In this document: positions 13,022-24,660 of the stretch, one piece after another | Layout of the letters: each line of letters opens with the position of its first letter | Numbering within the stretch: position 1 is the stretch's first letter | Source of the DNA: Lama guanicoe | Taxonomy: Eukaryota | Length of the DNA stretch: 64,000 nucleotides | NCBI GenBank assembly: GCA_013239625.1 | Contig: MU053472.1 | Coordinates: 2,240,884 to 2,304,883, forward strand | Reading direction: 5' to 3' | Notes under the pieces: model-generated | Seen by the model: only the letters and a program-made list of their open reading frames with translations | Databases searched by the model: none | Told to the model about the DNA's origin: nothing | Made by a program: the position numbers and the translations under genes

Positions 13022-13498
13022 CTTGAAAAAAAGGGAAAATATACCAAGACAATACTTGATCCAAAATAATAAAAATCAGTATTTAATATCTCTAAATCTT
13101 TTCAACCATATATGAATCATATATAAAAGATGATGGCATCTAACTTAGTTTACATAAATGACACGCCGCTTGTACAATTTAGTGCTTTATAATAGCAAGG
13201 AGACAAAAGAAACATTTTAATATTTAGTTTTGTCAATACTGATGTAAAATAATACCAAAAAAATGATGAAATTTGGGGGGAAAGCACAAGAGAATCAAAG
13301 TTATATAAACTACTTTTAAAAGCAAGACCAAAATAAAAAAATACAAATTATAAAGAGTACAAAAATATCGACCTCACTGTGCCCTGTTAACAAATATTTC
13401 TTTTAATCAGTATTTACCATTAAATTTTCAAAGATTAATTTCTGGGAATAGTTAAGTTTCATGCAATTTTTGTTTTCCTTTAAATACATTGAAACTTG

Positions 13499-13504
13499 TT
13501 TATT
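13499..13504 (-). promoter_or_regulatory. Candidate distal polyadenylation signal AATAAA of BRIP1
   Basis: Plus-strand TTTATT, minus context CTCTGTAATAAACAAG, ~3.7 kb after the stop. Consistent with the long 3' UTR known for human BRIP1. Confidence 0.45.
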
Positions 13505-15464
13505 ACAGAGTGGAATCTGGTATAAGATGGGTTGTTTTGGATCTTGTCCAAGAGTTTAGTCACTGAAAGCACTTCATTATAAGGTGGTTTTTCACCAATA
13601 AGGTGATCCACTGGCTGAGATCCCATGGATATTATAACAAGGCCCTATTGTAGAGTACAGGAAGCCAGGCAGCTAATGGTCTATCAAATGAAACCTTAAG
13701 AAACAAAATGCTTTTTTTTTTTTTTGGTAGACATGAAAATCATTTAAGACTGAAGAATCATAAGCCTAGGTCATCTCTCTAAATTTCCATCTCCTAAAGT
13801 GACGTTCTTTACAGTATGCTTAACTCCTGCACAGATACTTCTTTAGTTTTAGCTTCCTTAGACATTCATTGTCTGATTCAGCCTTAAACTTATTTTTTTT
13901 AAGGAAAAACTTCAGTATTAATACTGCCTTTCTATTTACAAAAGATCGACTGCACTTGTCTATGGAAATAGGCAGGAAACTGCCACGTATTCATAAAGTT
14001 TAAAGTAAAATCTTGTGTAGCTCACTGATAAAGCTGAGGTTTATCACAATCATGAGCAAGAGTAATTGTGTGGTATCAAATACAAATAAAATGCCATCAC
14101 TTAGAGATTAAATGACTACAATAATTAGTCTTTCAAGTGATTTTACAACAGGCATTTTGATTTCATGAAGTTTTATAAGCAATTCCAAACAATTAAATAT
14201 TTGGAATGTGTTTTACTATAGAAAAATATCATGACAAAGTCATATTGCAGAAAAATAATAGGGAAAAGGCTTTTAAAAAATTAAGTCTTAAATGGAGAGA
14301 ATACAAGAATAAAAACAAAGCCTTATCTTAGAAACAATACCAAATTAAAAACCATATAATTATCAAATGCATAATGGTAGCATAAAGAGTTGTCATTAAT
14401 TTCCAACACAATTATTATAAGTTTTAAATGATGCATGTGAATTTTAAGTCAAGTCATTAAACATCTACTCCTTATATTTTACCTTTCTTCCATGAATAAA
14501 GCCCTTTCTCCAACTGGTAGTTTTCCGGGTTCGTGGCCTGTATGCTCTATGTATTTTCAGCCCTTAAATAAATTCACTATTAGATAATTATTTCATATGC
14601 ATTAAACGGGTAAGGCAAATTACGTGATAAACAATTTCTATCATATATATCTCAAAAGCCTTAAAAAGTAAACTAGCCAAATAACTTTTCCTTCCTACTA
14701 TACGATGCTTCTTTATTGTCAGTTTATCTATCTATCTGTCTGTCTGTCTATCATCATTAGGGAAGGCTTCATATAAGGCAAGGGTGTACTCCAGTTATAT
14801 GACTGATTTACCAAGTAATAATTGAGGGCTTGCCATGTACCAAATACTCCTTTAAATGCTTTTACACATTTTAACTTACTTTCTAAAAAGTATGTTATCA
14901 CCAATAAAAATGTTCTACCTCATACTCTTTATAAAGGCTAGTACTTTACATCTTGCAATGCCATCCTGGTCAAAACTGTGATCTGAGGAGACTATATACC
15001 TGTTTCAACAGTGATACCATTGTACAAAATTTTTGAAACACCTCTTGGACTTACTAAAAGCTTGTGGCACATCTCTATGTATATTACCAGTAATGGAAAT
15101 TTTTAGCCTCGGAGAGAATTAGATTTTGGAAAGAATAAAGTATATCTAGGGAAAAGGGATGGCATTTGGGATTAAATTGGATAATAACACTAAGATATGA
15201 CTAAAAACTAATGTGGTTGATTTTTTTCATGTAGTTTACCGATTCTTCTAAAGGCAATTTTAAGGATTCAAAAATATTTTAATTGCAGCACTGTTAAAAT
15301 AAGTATCTTGCTTCCCAAGTTATTATGCACATATTCATGCAATTATTAATTTTATCTTTTCTATAAATGGTTTGCTTTATCTTAAGCATTTTGCAACAAA
15401 AGCAAATGAAAATTGTTTCAGAATAATATATCAACATATATTTCTTTATATTATGGATTTTTAA

Positions 15465-15640
15465 AGCTGAAAGGGATTTGCATGATTTTATAGCCCTAAG
15501 TTCCACATTTAACAGATGAAACTAATTCCCCAAAAGGAATGGTGATTGCCAACATGACTTAGCAAATTAGTGGCAGAGCCAAGAATAGATCCCAGTCTCT
15601 TGTCTTCTACCTAATATTCTTTTTACTACTGCACTATCCT
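15465..15640. mobile_element. MIR fragment in the BRIP1 3' UTR
   Basis: 'cattttaacagatgaaact...ttagtggcagagccaagaatagatcccagtctcttg'. Confidence 0.65.
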
Positions 15641-17010
15641 TTATTTGTGGATTAAGAACTATACCAAAGAGAAGAAATGGTTTCACCCATTCAAAACAAT
15701 CTAAAAAGTACCTTCTAATCCATTGTTTGTAACTTTTTTACTGATTACCTAAGAAAAACATATCATACGAGGTGGGATCAAATATATCCCAATCTACAAA
15801 CACTTTAACTGGTAAAAATTTAAATTTATTTGAACTATGCTTAGAGTTGTAATATCCAATGCTATAGAAACAATTAAGCTGTATTCAACCTAAACACCAT
15901 CAAAATGAAAGTAAACATATGCATTTATAATAATTCATTGTTCCAAATGAATATAAAAAAAAATCTGATTGTGGGAATTTTGGCTTGAAAAAGATAAACC
16001 AAATCTACAACTTGAACAGCTCATAAAATTTCAATTCAATTTACTCACAAGAAGCCTAAATGTCCATTGAATAACAGATGTTTCTTGGAAAAGATCAGTG
16101 AACATATTTTTGGAATGATTTCAGAGAAGAGCTTCTTTTATAATCATTTTTGATCAGAAATATAGTTTCATTCACAAAAACACAGAGTCAAGTTTTACAG
16201 AAAGGCTTACTAAGCTGTAATGGAACATTTTTCAGCTACAGTTATATGCTTGCGTTTACTTATTAAATGTAAATTATAAGTTTTCTGTTAGTTGCATAAT
16301 TAAAACCTTTATGAGAGAACAAGTCACTGTTTTCCACGATGATGACAAAGCTAAATAATTAGAATTGAAAACTTGGAGTCCTTCATTTGGCATTTTATAA
16401 CTTTATATAAATTTGTTTAAAACACGTCTGATTTTGTCTTAATGAACAAAAATGTAAAACCATTTCAATTAAAAATGTATGTAATTTTCTTCCTTAATTC
16501 TTAATTATTTCTAAGTAGGAAGTTTAATACAGGAGTAAACTTTTCAAGAAAACTGTGATTTCTAAAAAAGAATCTCAGACCAATCTGAGGTGAAATCTAC
16601 AGTGAAACATGATTGAGATGTGACTGGATTAGACTGTTATTAATTTTTATGCATCAATATGAAAACAAATAGATGAAGAGTATTACAAAATACAAATGTT
16701 TATGTGAAATTTAAAGTGCTTTAGGAAACTACATATCTTTTGGATTGATTAATTTAATAGTGCATTTAGCTAAGGAACACATGCTGGAGGGAAATAATTT
16801 TTATGATTCACTTTATCGAAATTTGAGAATAGTAAAGCTTACATTTCTGAACATAAAATAGACCTTTAAAAATTCTAATGACAATGGATTACAGTGAAAA
16901 GTATATCTCAAATTAAAAAAAAAACCACTTATCCAATGTATAAATTATCATTTACAACAGTGTAATATAAACATGACAACATATTTTTATAGCTTGACAG
17001 TTAAGTATTA

Positions 17011-17175
17011 TTACCTAATACCAGGGAACACACCTTTATTTTTGGAGGGAGACTGTTTAAAGTTCTTTATATTGGTTTCAAGAGCTTTTTCCCAGTTTCA
17101 GTTCATTTACATGAGTTGATTTTACATTACTACCAATGTCATCAACTTTACTTTCTTTAATTTGCATGAGTCTAT
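17011..17175 (-). pseudogene. BRIP1: Former BRIP1 C-terminal coding tail, now 3' UTR
   Basis: Reads [32 protein letters not shown] in a shifted frame, then ALETNIKNFKQSPSKNKGVFPGIR* (TAA 17011-13) after a second 1-nt shift. This resembles the human ending ...NFKPSPSKNKGMFPGFK*. Confidence 0.85.
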
Positions 17176-17849
17176 TCAACTTTTTGTGCAATCCTCAGCT
17201 CTCGTTTCTCTGACTGAATCCACTCCTTTTATAGTTCTAGTTTCAAAAAGATCTTCAGCTAAAATGCAATTTGAATTATTAGCCAATCTATCGTCTCTAT
17301 CAGTTCCAACCAGTTCATTTTTTTCTTCACTTGTATCTACAGGATCATAAAGTTCAGGTGTAAAATAGATAGATTCATCCTCTGCTTCTGTTTCAACAGC
17401 TGTATTTGAAGTGGAACGTTCAGCTTCTTCACTTACTAGAGACAACTGAATGTCCCGATCCAGGGCTTCATAGCAAAGCAGCTGTTTGGAATGATTTTTA
17501 AGAGAAGCATCAATCTTTATTGATGGAGCAATGCTTTCTGACTGAGGGCATGGTGCAAATGATGTGTTTACTGTCAGAGGTGAGGATTCACATTTATCAG
17601 TGAGTGGCAAAACAGCTTTACATCCCTTTTCTGTTTTGAAAGTGGAAGTACTAGAGACACAATCCTCTGATGACCTGAACTTAGGTGCTTCAGTCAGAAT
17701 TTTACCAGTAAGATGTTGTTTCAAAGAATTAAAGCCAGACCAGCTAACTCTGTTTGTTTGTTTGTTGAAGGTTGGGCTTGTGGATCTTGAAATCACAATT
17801 TTTTCGGCTCTCGTTGCCTGGGCAGATTCTTCCAATAATACTGGATCAT
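17176..17849 (-). CDS. BRIP1: BRIP1 terminal coding exon (human exon 20 equivalent), ending at an early TGA
   Basis: Acceptor TTCATAG at 17850-51, phase 1. Encodes DPVLLEE...[12 protein letters not shown] (BRCA1 BRCT-binding S-P-T-F motif)...[13 protein letters not shown] (TOPBP1-binding motif)...AEDCTKS*. Stop at 17176-78. Confidence 0.95.
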
Positions 17850-18471
17850 CTATGAACATAAAAATTTAAGAGTGTTATCTTTCTGTACCTAACATAATAA
17901 TTGTTGTAGTAAAGTGATTTGTTAGAAATACTGACATAACTGTATAGAATACATAATTTAGAGCCCATACCAGTAGTAGCAGGACTTCCATCTTAGAATG
18001 CAAAGCACAACATGTTAAGTCTGAAAGAAATTTTAGGTCTCCAGTGATTCCTAGCCCAAGTTGTAATGCTGTCTGGTAAACTACTAAATTCCATACTAAG
18101 CACCTCAGAAATGAACAAGAAAAGGAAGGATGAAAAGGAAGAGGAAGACAGCTCAATAAAGGAGGGAACAGGCTATAAAAATCTGTCTTAAACATTCACT
18201 AACCAGTGATTGAGAAAAACTGACCTAGACTAATTCTCTTAAGTAAACTGACAATCACAAAGACTTAAGTTATTTGCCTAAAGTTATAAAACTGGTTGGT
18301 AATCAGACTTGGACTAGAACCTAGGTTTCATGGTTACCTGGATAATGGGATTCACTATGACATTTATTTAGGATAGAAGCATGTACTATAAAATAAATAT
18401 TTAAAAAGTGATATATTAAACTACTAGTATATATTAACTAAAACAATTAAAATAGTATCTAATAATACAGA

Positions 18472-18713
18472 CCACAGTTTGGCAAACTTTTTCTATAACA
18501 GGCCAGACAATAAATATTTTAGGCTTTGAGACTTGTTTTGTATCTGTTGCAACTACTCAATTATGCTGTTCTAATCAATACATACAACTGCTCAACTCTC
18601 CGGTTGTGTACAATACGTAAATGTTTGGGTGTGACTCTGCTCCCTTAAACTGTACTTACGAAAACAGACAGCAGGCCAAATTTGGTCCATAGGCCACAGT
18701 TTGCCAATCCATG
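18472..18713. mobile_element. MER58-like hAT DNA transposon (MITE)
   Basis: Terminal inverted repeats 'ttggcaaact...agtttgccaa' and internal 'taaatattttaggctttg...gcaactactcaa'. Confidence 0.8.
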
Positions 18714-19294
18714 ATACATTATATTCTAATATTTTAAAAATTATATTCTAGTTTTCTAAATTATGTTCTATAATTTCCTAAATTCTAATCCATTATATTC
18801 TGATATATTTTAAAATACTATTTTTTAATTATCTAGAATAAATGACTCTTACTTCCCTAAACTAAGAAATTCATGTAAGACAAGTATCTATGAATTAGGC
18901 CAATTTTTATTATAGCCTTTAGAGTTTATTTGCAGAGTACTTTACAATTCTCTGGTATTTATCATCTTATTAGATCTTTACAACCCAAATTGGAAGGATA
19001 GGCAGGCAGATATCCCTTCTTCTATTAAGACTCAAAAAGTTAAGCGAGTTGTTCATGGGGTCACACAGCTAGTTAGGGGCAAAGCTTGTCAGTGGAAAAC
19101 CAGAAAACAGGCAAAGGTCTCCTGACAGAAGTTTGTTCCCATTGCAATACGTACTGCTTCATTATTGTATGATAACACCTTGTATTACAAACCAGCATAT
19201 TTAAGGACACTAATCTACAGCATAACAAATACCATTTCACTAAATACAACAAAAGGCTTCTCTACCAAACGTAAATGGGCGGAAGTTTTCATAC

Positions 19295-19387
19295 TTTTCT
19301 CCTTTCTGGAGATGATGCCACATGGTAGAGATGGACTTTATCTATCATTTTAGGACATGGGAGTTATTAGACACAATTCTGCTTTAC
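19295..19387 (-). pseudogene. BRIP1: Decayed former 3' part of BRIP1 exon 19 (probably now intronic)
   Basis: Still aligns by eye to the human segment ...[27 protein letters not shown], ending ISRKEK before an AAA|GTATGA donor. It carries an apparent 2-nt and a 1-nt deletion and TAA stops in both relevant frames. Confidence 0.75.
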
Positions 19388-19621
19388 CTTCCCTAGGATA
19401 TTCTGGTGAGAGATGGCTTGCTGCTTCTAAAAAATAGGTTGAGGTACTGTCCTTCAAGCAAGCCACTGGAACTGCAGACTCATGGTCCTTTGTAGACTTT
19501 CTGTCTTCTCTGGACACATCAGTGACCTTTTGGTGCTTCTTGGAAAATTCAGCCAAGGACTCCAGTGCACTCTCAAAGGTTGAATGGTGCTGAATCTGTT
19601 GCCGTACCCACTTAGAAAGTC
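19388..19621 (-). CDS. BRIP1: BRIP1 coding exon 19, predicted shortened form (234 nt) using an internal donor
   Basis: Acceptor AG at 19622-23. Encodes (G)[31 protein letters not shown]...[13 protein letters not shown]. The donor AAG|GTAAAG (GT at 19387-86) is phase 1 and in frame with the last exon. The ancestral-position donor at 19294-93 would include a stop. The 3' boundary is inferred. Confidence 0.85.
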
Positions 19622-21861
19622 CTAAGGAAAAAAGTAAACCCAGTGAAGAAATTTTGGTTATTCAGCGAAAATACTATGTACTCAGAAAAAAACTTAGATA
19701 ACTTTTCTAGTAAAGTAATTGACTTTGAATGTACAGTGGATAGAATGGTTCTCAACATTTTCCCTGCTTTTTTAACTCTGTATGTATAATATGCTCATGT
19801 ATCAGTAGCATCTCTCTTTACATGCTCTAATTGTCAGGTGGAGGGAGGGAAGAGGCACTGGGAGTAGACTGGGGTTAGACGTGCATTATTTGTCAATTTA
19901 GAACAACTGGGGAATAAGGCAAATTTAATGTTATCATAATTCCTCACAAAAATCACCTACCTTTAATTATAGAGAAAATAGAAGTTGTAAACAACACACT
20001 CTTTTATTCCAACTTTCTAAATTTGACTCCTTCAGTAAAAATAAATTCAAGATTACAGTCTCATAGGGTTTTTTTGTTCCCCTTCTCCCTCAATTCCAGA
20101 TATATCAAACCAATCTGGGGAAAGAGGAATACCACTGTTTTATGGGCAAAATCATGTCCTATCTAAATATTTATTATATAATTTATTTCTTAATATTAAA
20201 AATATAAATAATCAAGTTGTAAGGGACAAAATTTAACCCCCTGACACCTGAAAACTGCATAAAAATGAACCATATTAAGAGGATAAGCTGTTTCAGAGTA
20301 TGAATCACTTCAGAATGAAATTCAAAATCAGTTATTTAGACTTAAGAAGATAAATATTCTCTGCTGATGTTACTAAAACTATCATCATTTTCTGAAGTAG
20401 TTTAAAAAGTCACTATGGTGTTTTAAGTTGAGAGAAAGATAAGACAGGGCTTCAGGCAACTTGAAGTATTACACTTTCATTTCAAATACATTCCTTTAGT
20501 TTTTTTTAATGGAGTTGCTCTATTAATCTATACGTATCAAATTGAATTAAAACAAAAGTGAGTCATCAAAAGGAATTTGTATGTTGTTGTGCTGTCATTG
20601 CCTAGATAAGATTTCACATTTTACGAGTCTCAGAAAAAATAAAAACCTTACAGAAACAATGAAAAACATTTAGTTTAAAAAATTGCTCAAGAAACCTGAC
20701 TATTAGGTAAAAATTTCAGTTCTAGATTTTAAAGTAAGAAAAAAATTTAAAAGAAGCATTTTTTTTAAAAGGTCTTTTTTTTTGTTGTTTGCTTGGGGAA
20801 AATAATTATATCAAATAAAAATATGAAAATTTCCCAAATTGAAAAATGTTGGTATTACAGTTACCACTTTTATTTAGACATTTTTGTGATCAAAGAAAGC
20901 ATTTTCAGCATAAATGTCAGTTTGCTTTTGAAAACTTGGAAGAATCTGAGCTCCACCTGCTGACTAAACAAGAGCACTTAACATTTGCTTTTGGTTGTAT
21001 CTTGGCCTAAGCACAGTGGCTTGCTTTACGTGGAGAGGAAAAGAAAAGACTAGTAAAGCAGCATTTCCAGCTTCAATCCAGGAGGATATGTTTTAATATT
21101 GAACTACACACAGTAATTAGGCTCTGAAATATACAAAGTAGAGCACCTTCCCATAGACAGCTAATGTGAAACAAATTTAAAACTTAGAATCTTTTCATGA
21201 TAGTATGGCATGAACTTTTTAGCTCTAAAGATAACAAGATGCAAGTATTTCCAACGGTTCGCTAATAACAGATTCCTGGTATTGATTCTAAAGAGACTGT
21301 CGTACTGCTGGATGAAAACTACAGGCACAAAGAATTTGTTCATTTCAGTGGGAAAACATGACCATCTACTTGATCTTGCAGCATGTAGTAGTGCTTTTTT
21401 TTTTTAGAAAATACTAGTTCTGACTAATACAAATTCTATAACAACCAAAGCATTTCTAAACAAACAAACACAGCAATAAAGCTCAAATAATCCAGAATGA
21501 AAGAATAAAAACAATTCTAGGTAGCCAGAGGACTGCTTGTGTGCTTAAATGTAAAATTTTACTATTTCTTGGAAAATTCATTTTCCCTTTTTCCCTGACA
21601 ATGCTAAATAAACTACTGCTATGTTACTGAATCAAATCCCACATCCTGTGAAATTGAAGGAACTTAACTGATTACTATGTTGGTAACTAACCAGATTCTC
21701 CTCTATAAAGATTTTTTGTAAACACATAAGCATTAAAAGGCTAGATTTCCAATGTGAATTTTGCTATGTTTGATCTAGTAATTCAAATTCTCTATCCAAT
21801 TTTGTCTTTGTCTTTAAAAGCAGAAGTCATTAAATACCAAAGATTATTAATTCTTAATCTA

Positions 21862-22050
<189 letters not shown>

Positions 22051-22479
22051 TCAATGATGCATCCTTCAATCAAAGTCATTATTATGAGTAAGGTTATTAG
22101 AAACTACTCAACAAAATGTACCAAAGTAGGTGTGTAAAAAAATCCCCTCCTTTTGCCAACTGCTAGTAACTTATATCCAAAGATGTTATATGCATTCTAT
22201 TTTGAAAGTCAAGAAAATTATAGAAAGTACTGTCTAAAACCTTCCTTCAGAGACTATTTTTTTATACCTTAAGTATTATATTACCTGTAGATTTTATGAT
22301 GACCTTTATTCTAGCTTAATGAGTTTGTGTCATAAGTGAATGTTTAATTTTGTAAAAAATGTTTTGGTGCCAATTGATTCAGCCATGAAATTGTTCTTTT
22401 TAGATTGTTCCTATGATAGATTCCACAGGACAAATTTCAAATATTGAGCTTGCCTGCCTTTCATTCTTAAAATAACCAC

Positions 22480-24660
22480 ACATGGTCATGGTTCATTATC
22501 CTTTTTATAGATTATTGGGTTCAATGTGCTAATTGTTTTACTTTAAAATTATTACATGCTATCTTAACAATAATAAGTCTTCCAATTCATCGTCATGGAA
22601 TTCTTCCATTTATTTAGAAGTTTCCTTCAATAATATTTTGAAGCTTTCAGTGAGTGTCCTTTCACTTAAAGCTGTTCCTCAGCATTTTGTTCTTTTTGAT
22701 GCTGCTGTAGATGGAATTTACTTGATTTCATTTTTGGATTGTTCACTCCTAGCGCATAAAAATGCAATTGATATTTGTATAGTGAATATGTATCCTATAA
22801 CCTTGCTGAACTTGTTTTAGCTCTAATAATTTTTTATGGATTCCTTAGGATTTCTATGTAGCATATCATGTCATTTGCAAATTTAAAGACAATTTTACTT
22901 CTTTTTCAATCTGGGTATCTTTTCTTTCTTTTTCTTGCCTAATTGCCCTGTCTAAATCCTCTAATACAATATTAAATACAAGTGGTGAGGGTGAACATCC
23001 TTATTTTATTCTCAAACTTAGGAGAAAATGATCTTTACTTAGTCATTTTCATGGATCTCGCTCAATTTGCTAATATTTTGTTAAGAACATTTTCACCCAT
23101 ATTCATGACAGTTTGTAGTTCTCTTTCTTTTTAAAATATTCTCTCCATCTAGTTTTGGTAGGATAGTGTAGGCCTTAGAAAATGAATTGGGGAGGGTTCT
23201 GTTATCTTTTTTTTTAGAAAAGAGAATTGGTGTTATTTCTTCTTTAAATGTTTGGTAATATTTGCTAGTGAACCCATCTGGGTGGAGATTTTTTTCAGAG
23301 AATTTTTAACTAAAAATTAAATTTATTCAATATATAGAAGACTATTCTGTTACCAATTTCATCTTGAGCAAGTTTGGTACTTCATGGGTATTCAGGAAGT
23401 AGTCCATTTCACTTAAGTTGCTGAACATATGTGTATAGAATTTTCCCACACTATCCTTTGAATGTCTGCAGGATATGTAGTAATATCACCTCTTTTATTT
23501 CAGATATTGGTAATTTGTGGCTTCTTTTTCTTTGTCAATTTATCTATATGTTTTTAGATTTTATTGATCTTTTAAAAATATTTTATTTTTTAGCTTCATT
23601 GATTTCATTGATTTATATTATTACCTTTATTATTTCCTTTTTTTCTGTTTGCTTTACATTTATTTTGTTCTTCTTTTTCTAGTTTTTTTGTTTTTGTTTT
23701 TGATGGAGGTACTAGGGATAGAACCAGGACCTCATGCATGCTAAGCATGCACTCTGCCACTCAGCCATACCCCCAACCCCTTCTAGCTTCTTAATGTAGG
23801 AGCTTAGATAACTGATTTGAGCTCTTTCTTGCTTTTGAAAGTAAACATTTAATGATATAAATTTGCCACTGAGCACTGCTGTAACTGCGGCCCAAGAATT
23901 TTAATATGTTGATTTTCATTTCTGACTAGTTTAAAATATTTCTAATTTTCCTAAGACTTCCTGTTTTACTCATGGATTTTTTTTTAGAAGTATGTTCTTA
24001 ATTTCCAGGTATTTGGACATTTTGGGGTTTTTTTTTTTTTTTTTATTGATTTCTAGTTTGTTTTTTTCCAGTATAGTCAGAGAACAACTGATTATGATTT
24101 CATATCTTTAAAAAAATTTTTTTTTTATCACCCAGGATAAAGTCTATATTGGTAAATGTCCCTTGTGTTCTTTCTGCTATTGTTGGCTGCAGTGCTGTAT
24201 AATATCAATTCAATCTAATGGTTAATAACATTGTTCAAGCCTTCTATCTCTTTATTGGCTTTCTGTCTACTACTTCTAACTATTACTGAGGGAGGAATTT
24301 TGAAGTCTCCAACTATACTTGGGGAATTGTCTATATCTCTATTCAGATGTCAGTTTGGGGGTCATGTATTTTGAAGCTCTGTTTTTAGGTGCATAGACAT
24401 TTAGAATTATTATGTCTTTTTGATAAATTGATCCTTCATCATTATGTAATTTTCCTTTTTAACACCCCTGTAATCTTTGCTCTGAATTCTACTTTGTCTT
24501 TTTTTTTTTAATATGTCAAGTCTCCCTGAATTGATCTAAACATTCAACACAGTCCCAATCAAAATCTCAGCAGGCTTTTTTTTTTTTTCTCTCTACTTTG
24601 CCTTTATATTAATATAGTTACTCCAACCAGTTCACTGGTATTTTGAACTGTGGTCTTCTT
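22480..24660 (-). mobile_element. Old degenerate L1M ORF2 fragments
   Basis: T-rich antisense L1 sequence such as 'gcaattgatatttgtata...tatcctataaccttgctgaac' and 'tgaagtctccaactata'. No intact ORF. Confidence 0.8.
23683..23780 (-). mobile_element. tRNA-derived camelid-type SINE (vic-1-like)
   Basis: The reverse complement reads ggggtatggctgagtggcagagtgcatgcttagcatgcatgaggtcctggttc... with an A-rich tail. TTCTAG flanks both sides. Confidence 0.8.

Larger units (their letters stand above)
13480..17175 (-). other. BRIP1: Putative BRIP1 3' UTR
   Basis: AT-rich sequence between the stop codon and a candidate distal AATAAA. The 3' end is inferred, not demonstrated. Confidence 0.5.

Noticed and set aside
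13590..13700. Extra relic exon starting at a minus-strand acceptor near 13696
   Set aside because: An acceptor-like sequence is present, but there is no convincing donor or informative peptide, and it lies in the putative 3' UTR.
17564..18195. ORFs 17564-17869 (+) and 17875-18195 (-)
   Set aside because: The first is the antisense shadow of BRIP1 exon 20. The second is intronic, with no recognisable homology or splice structure.
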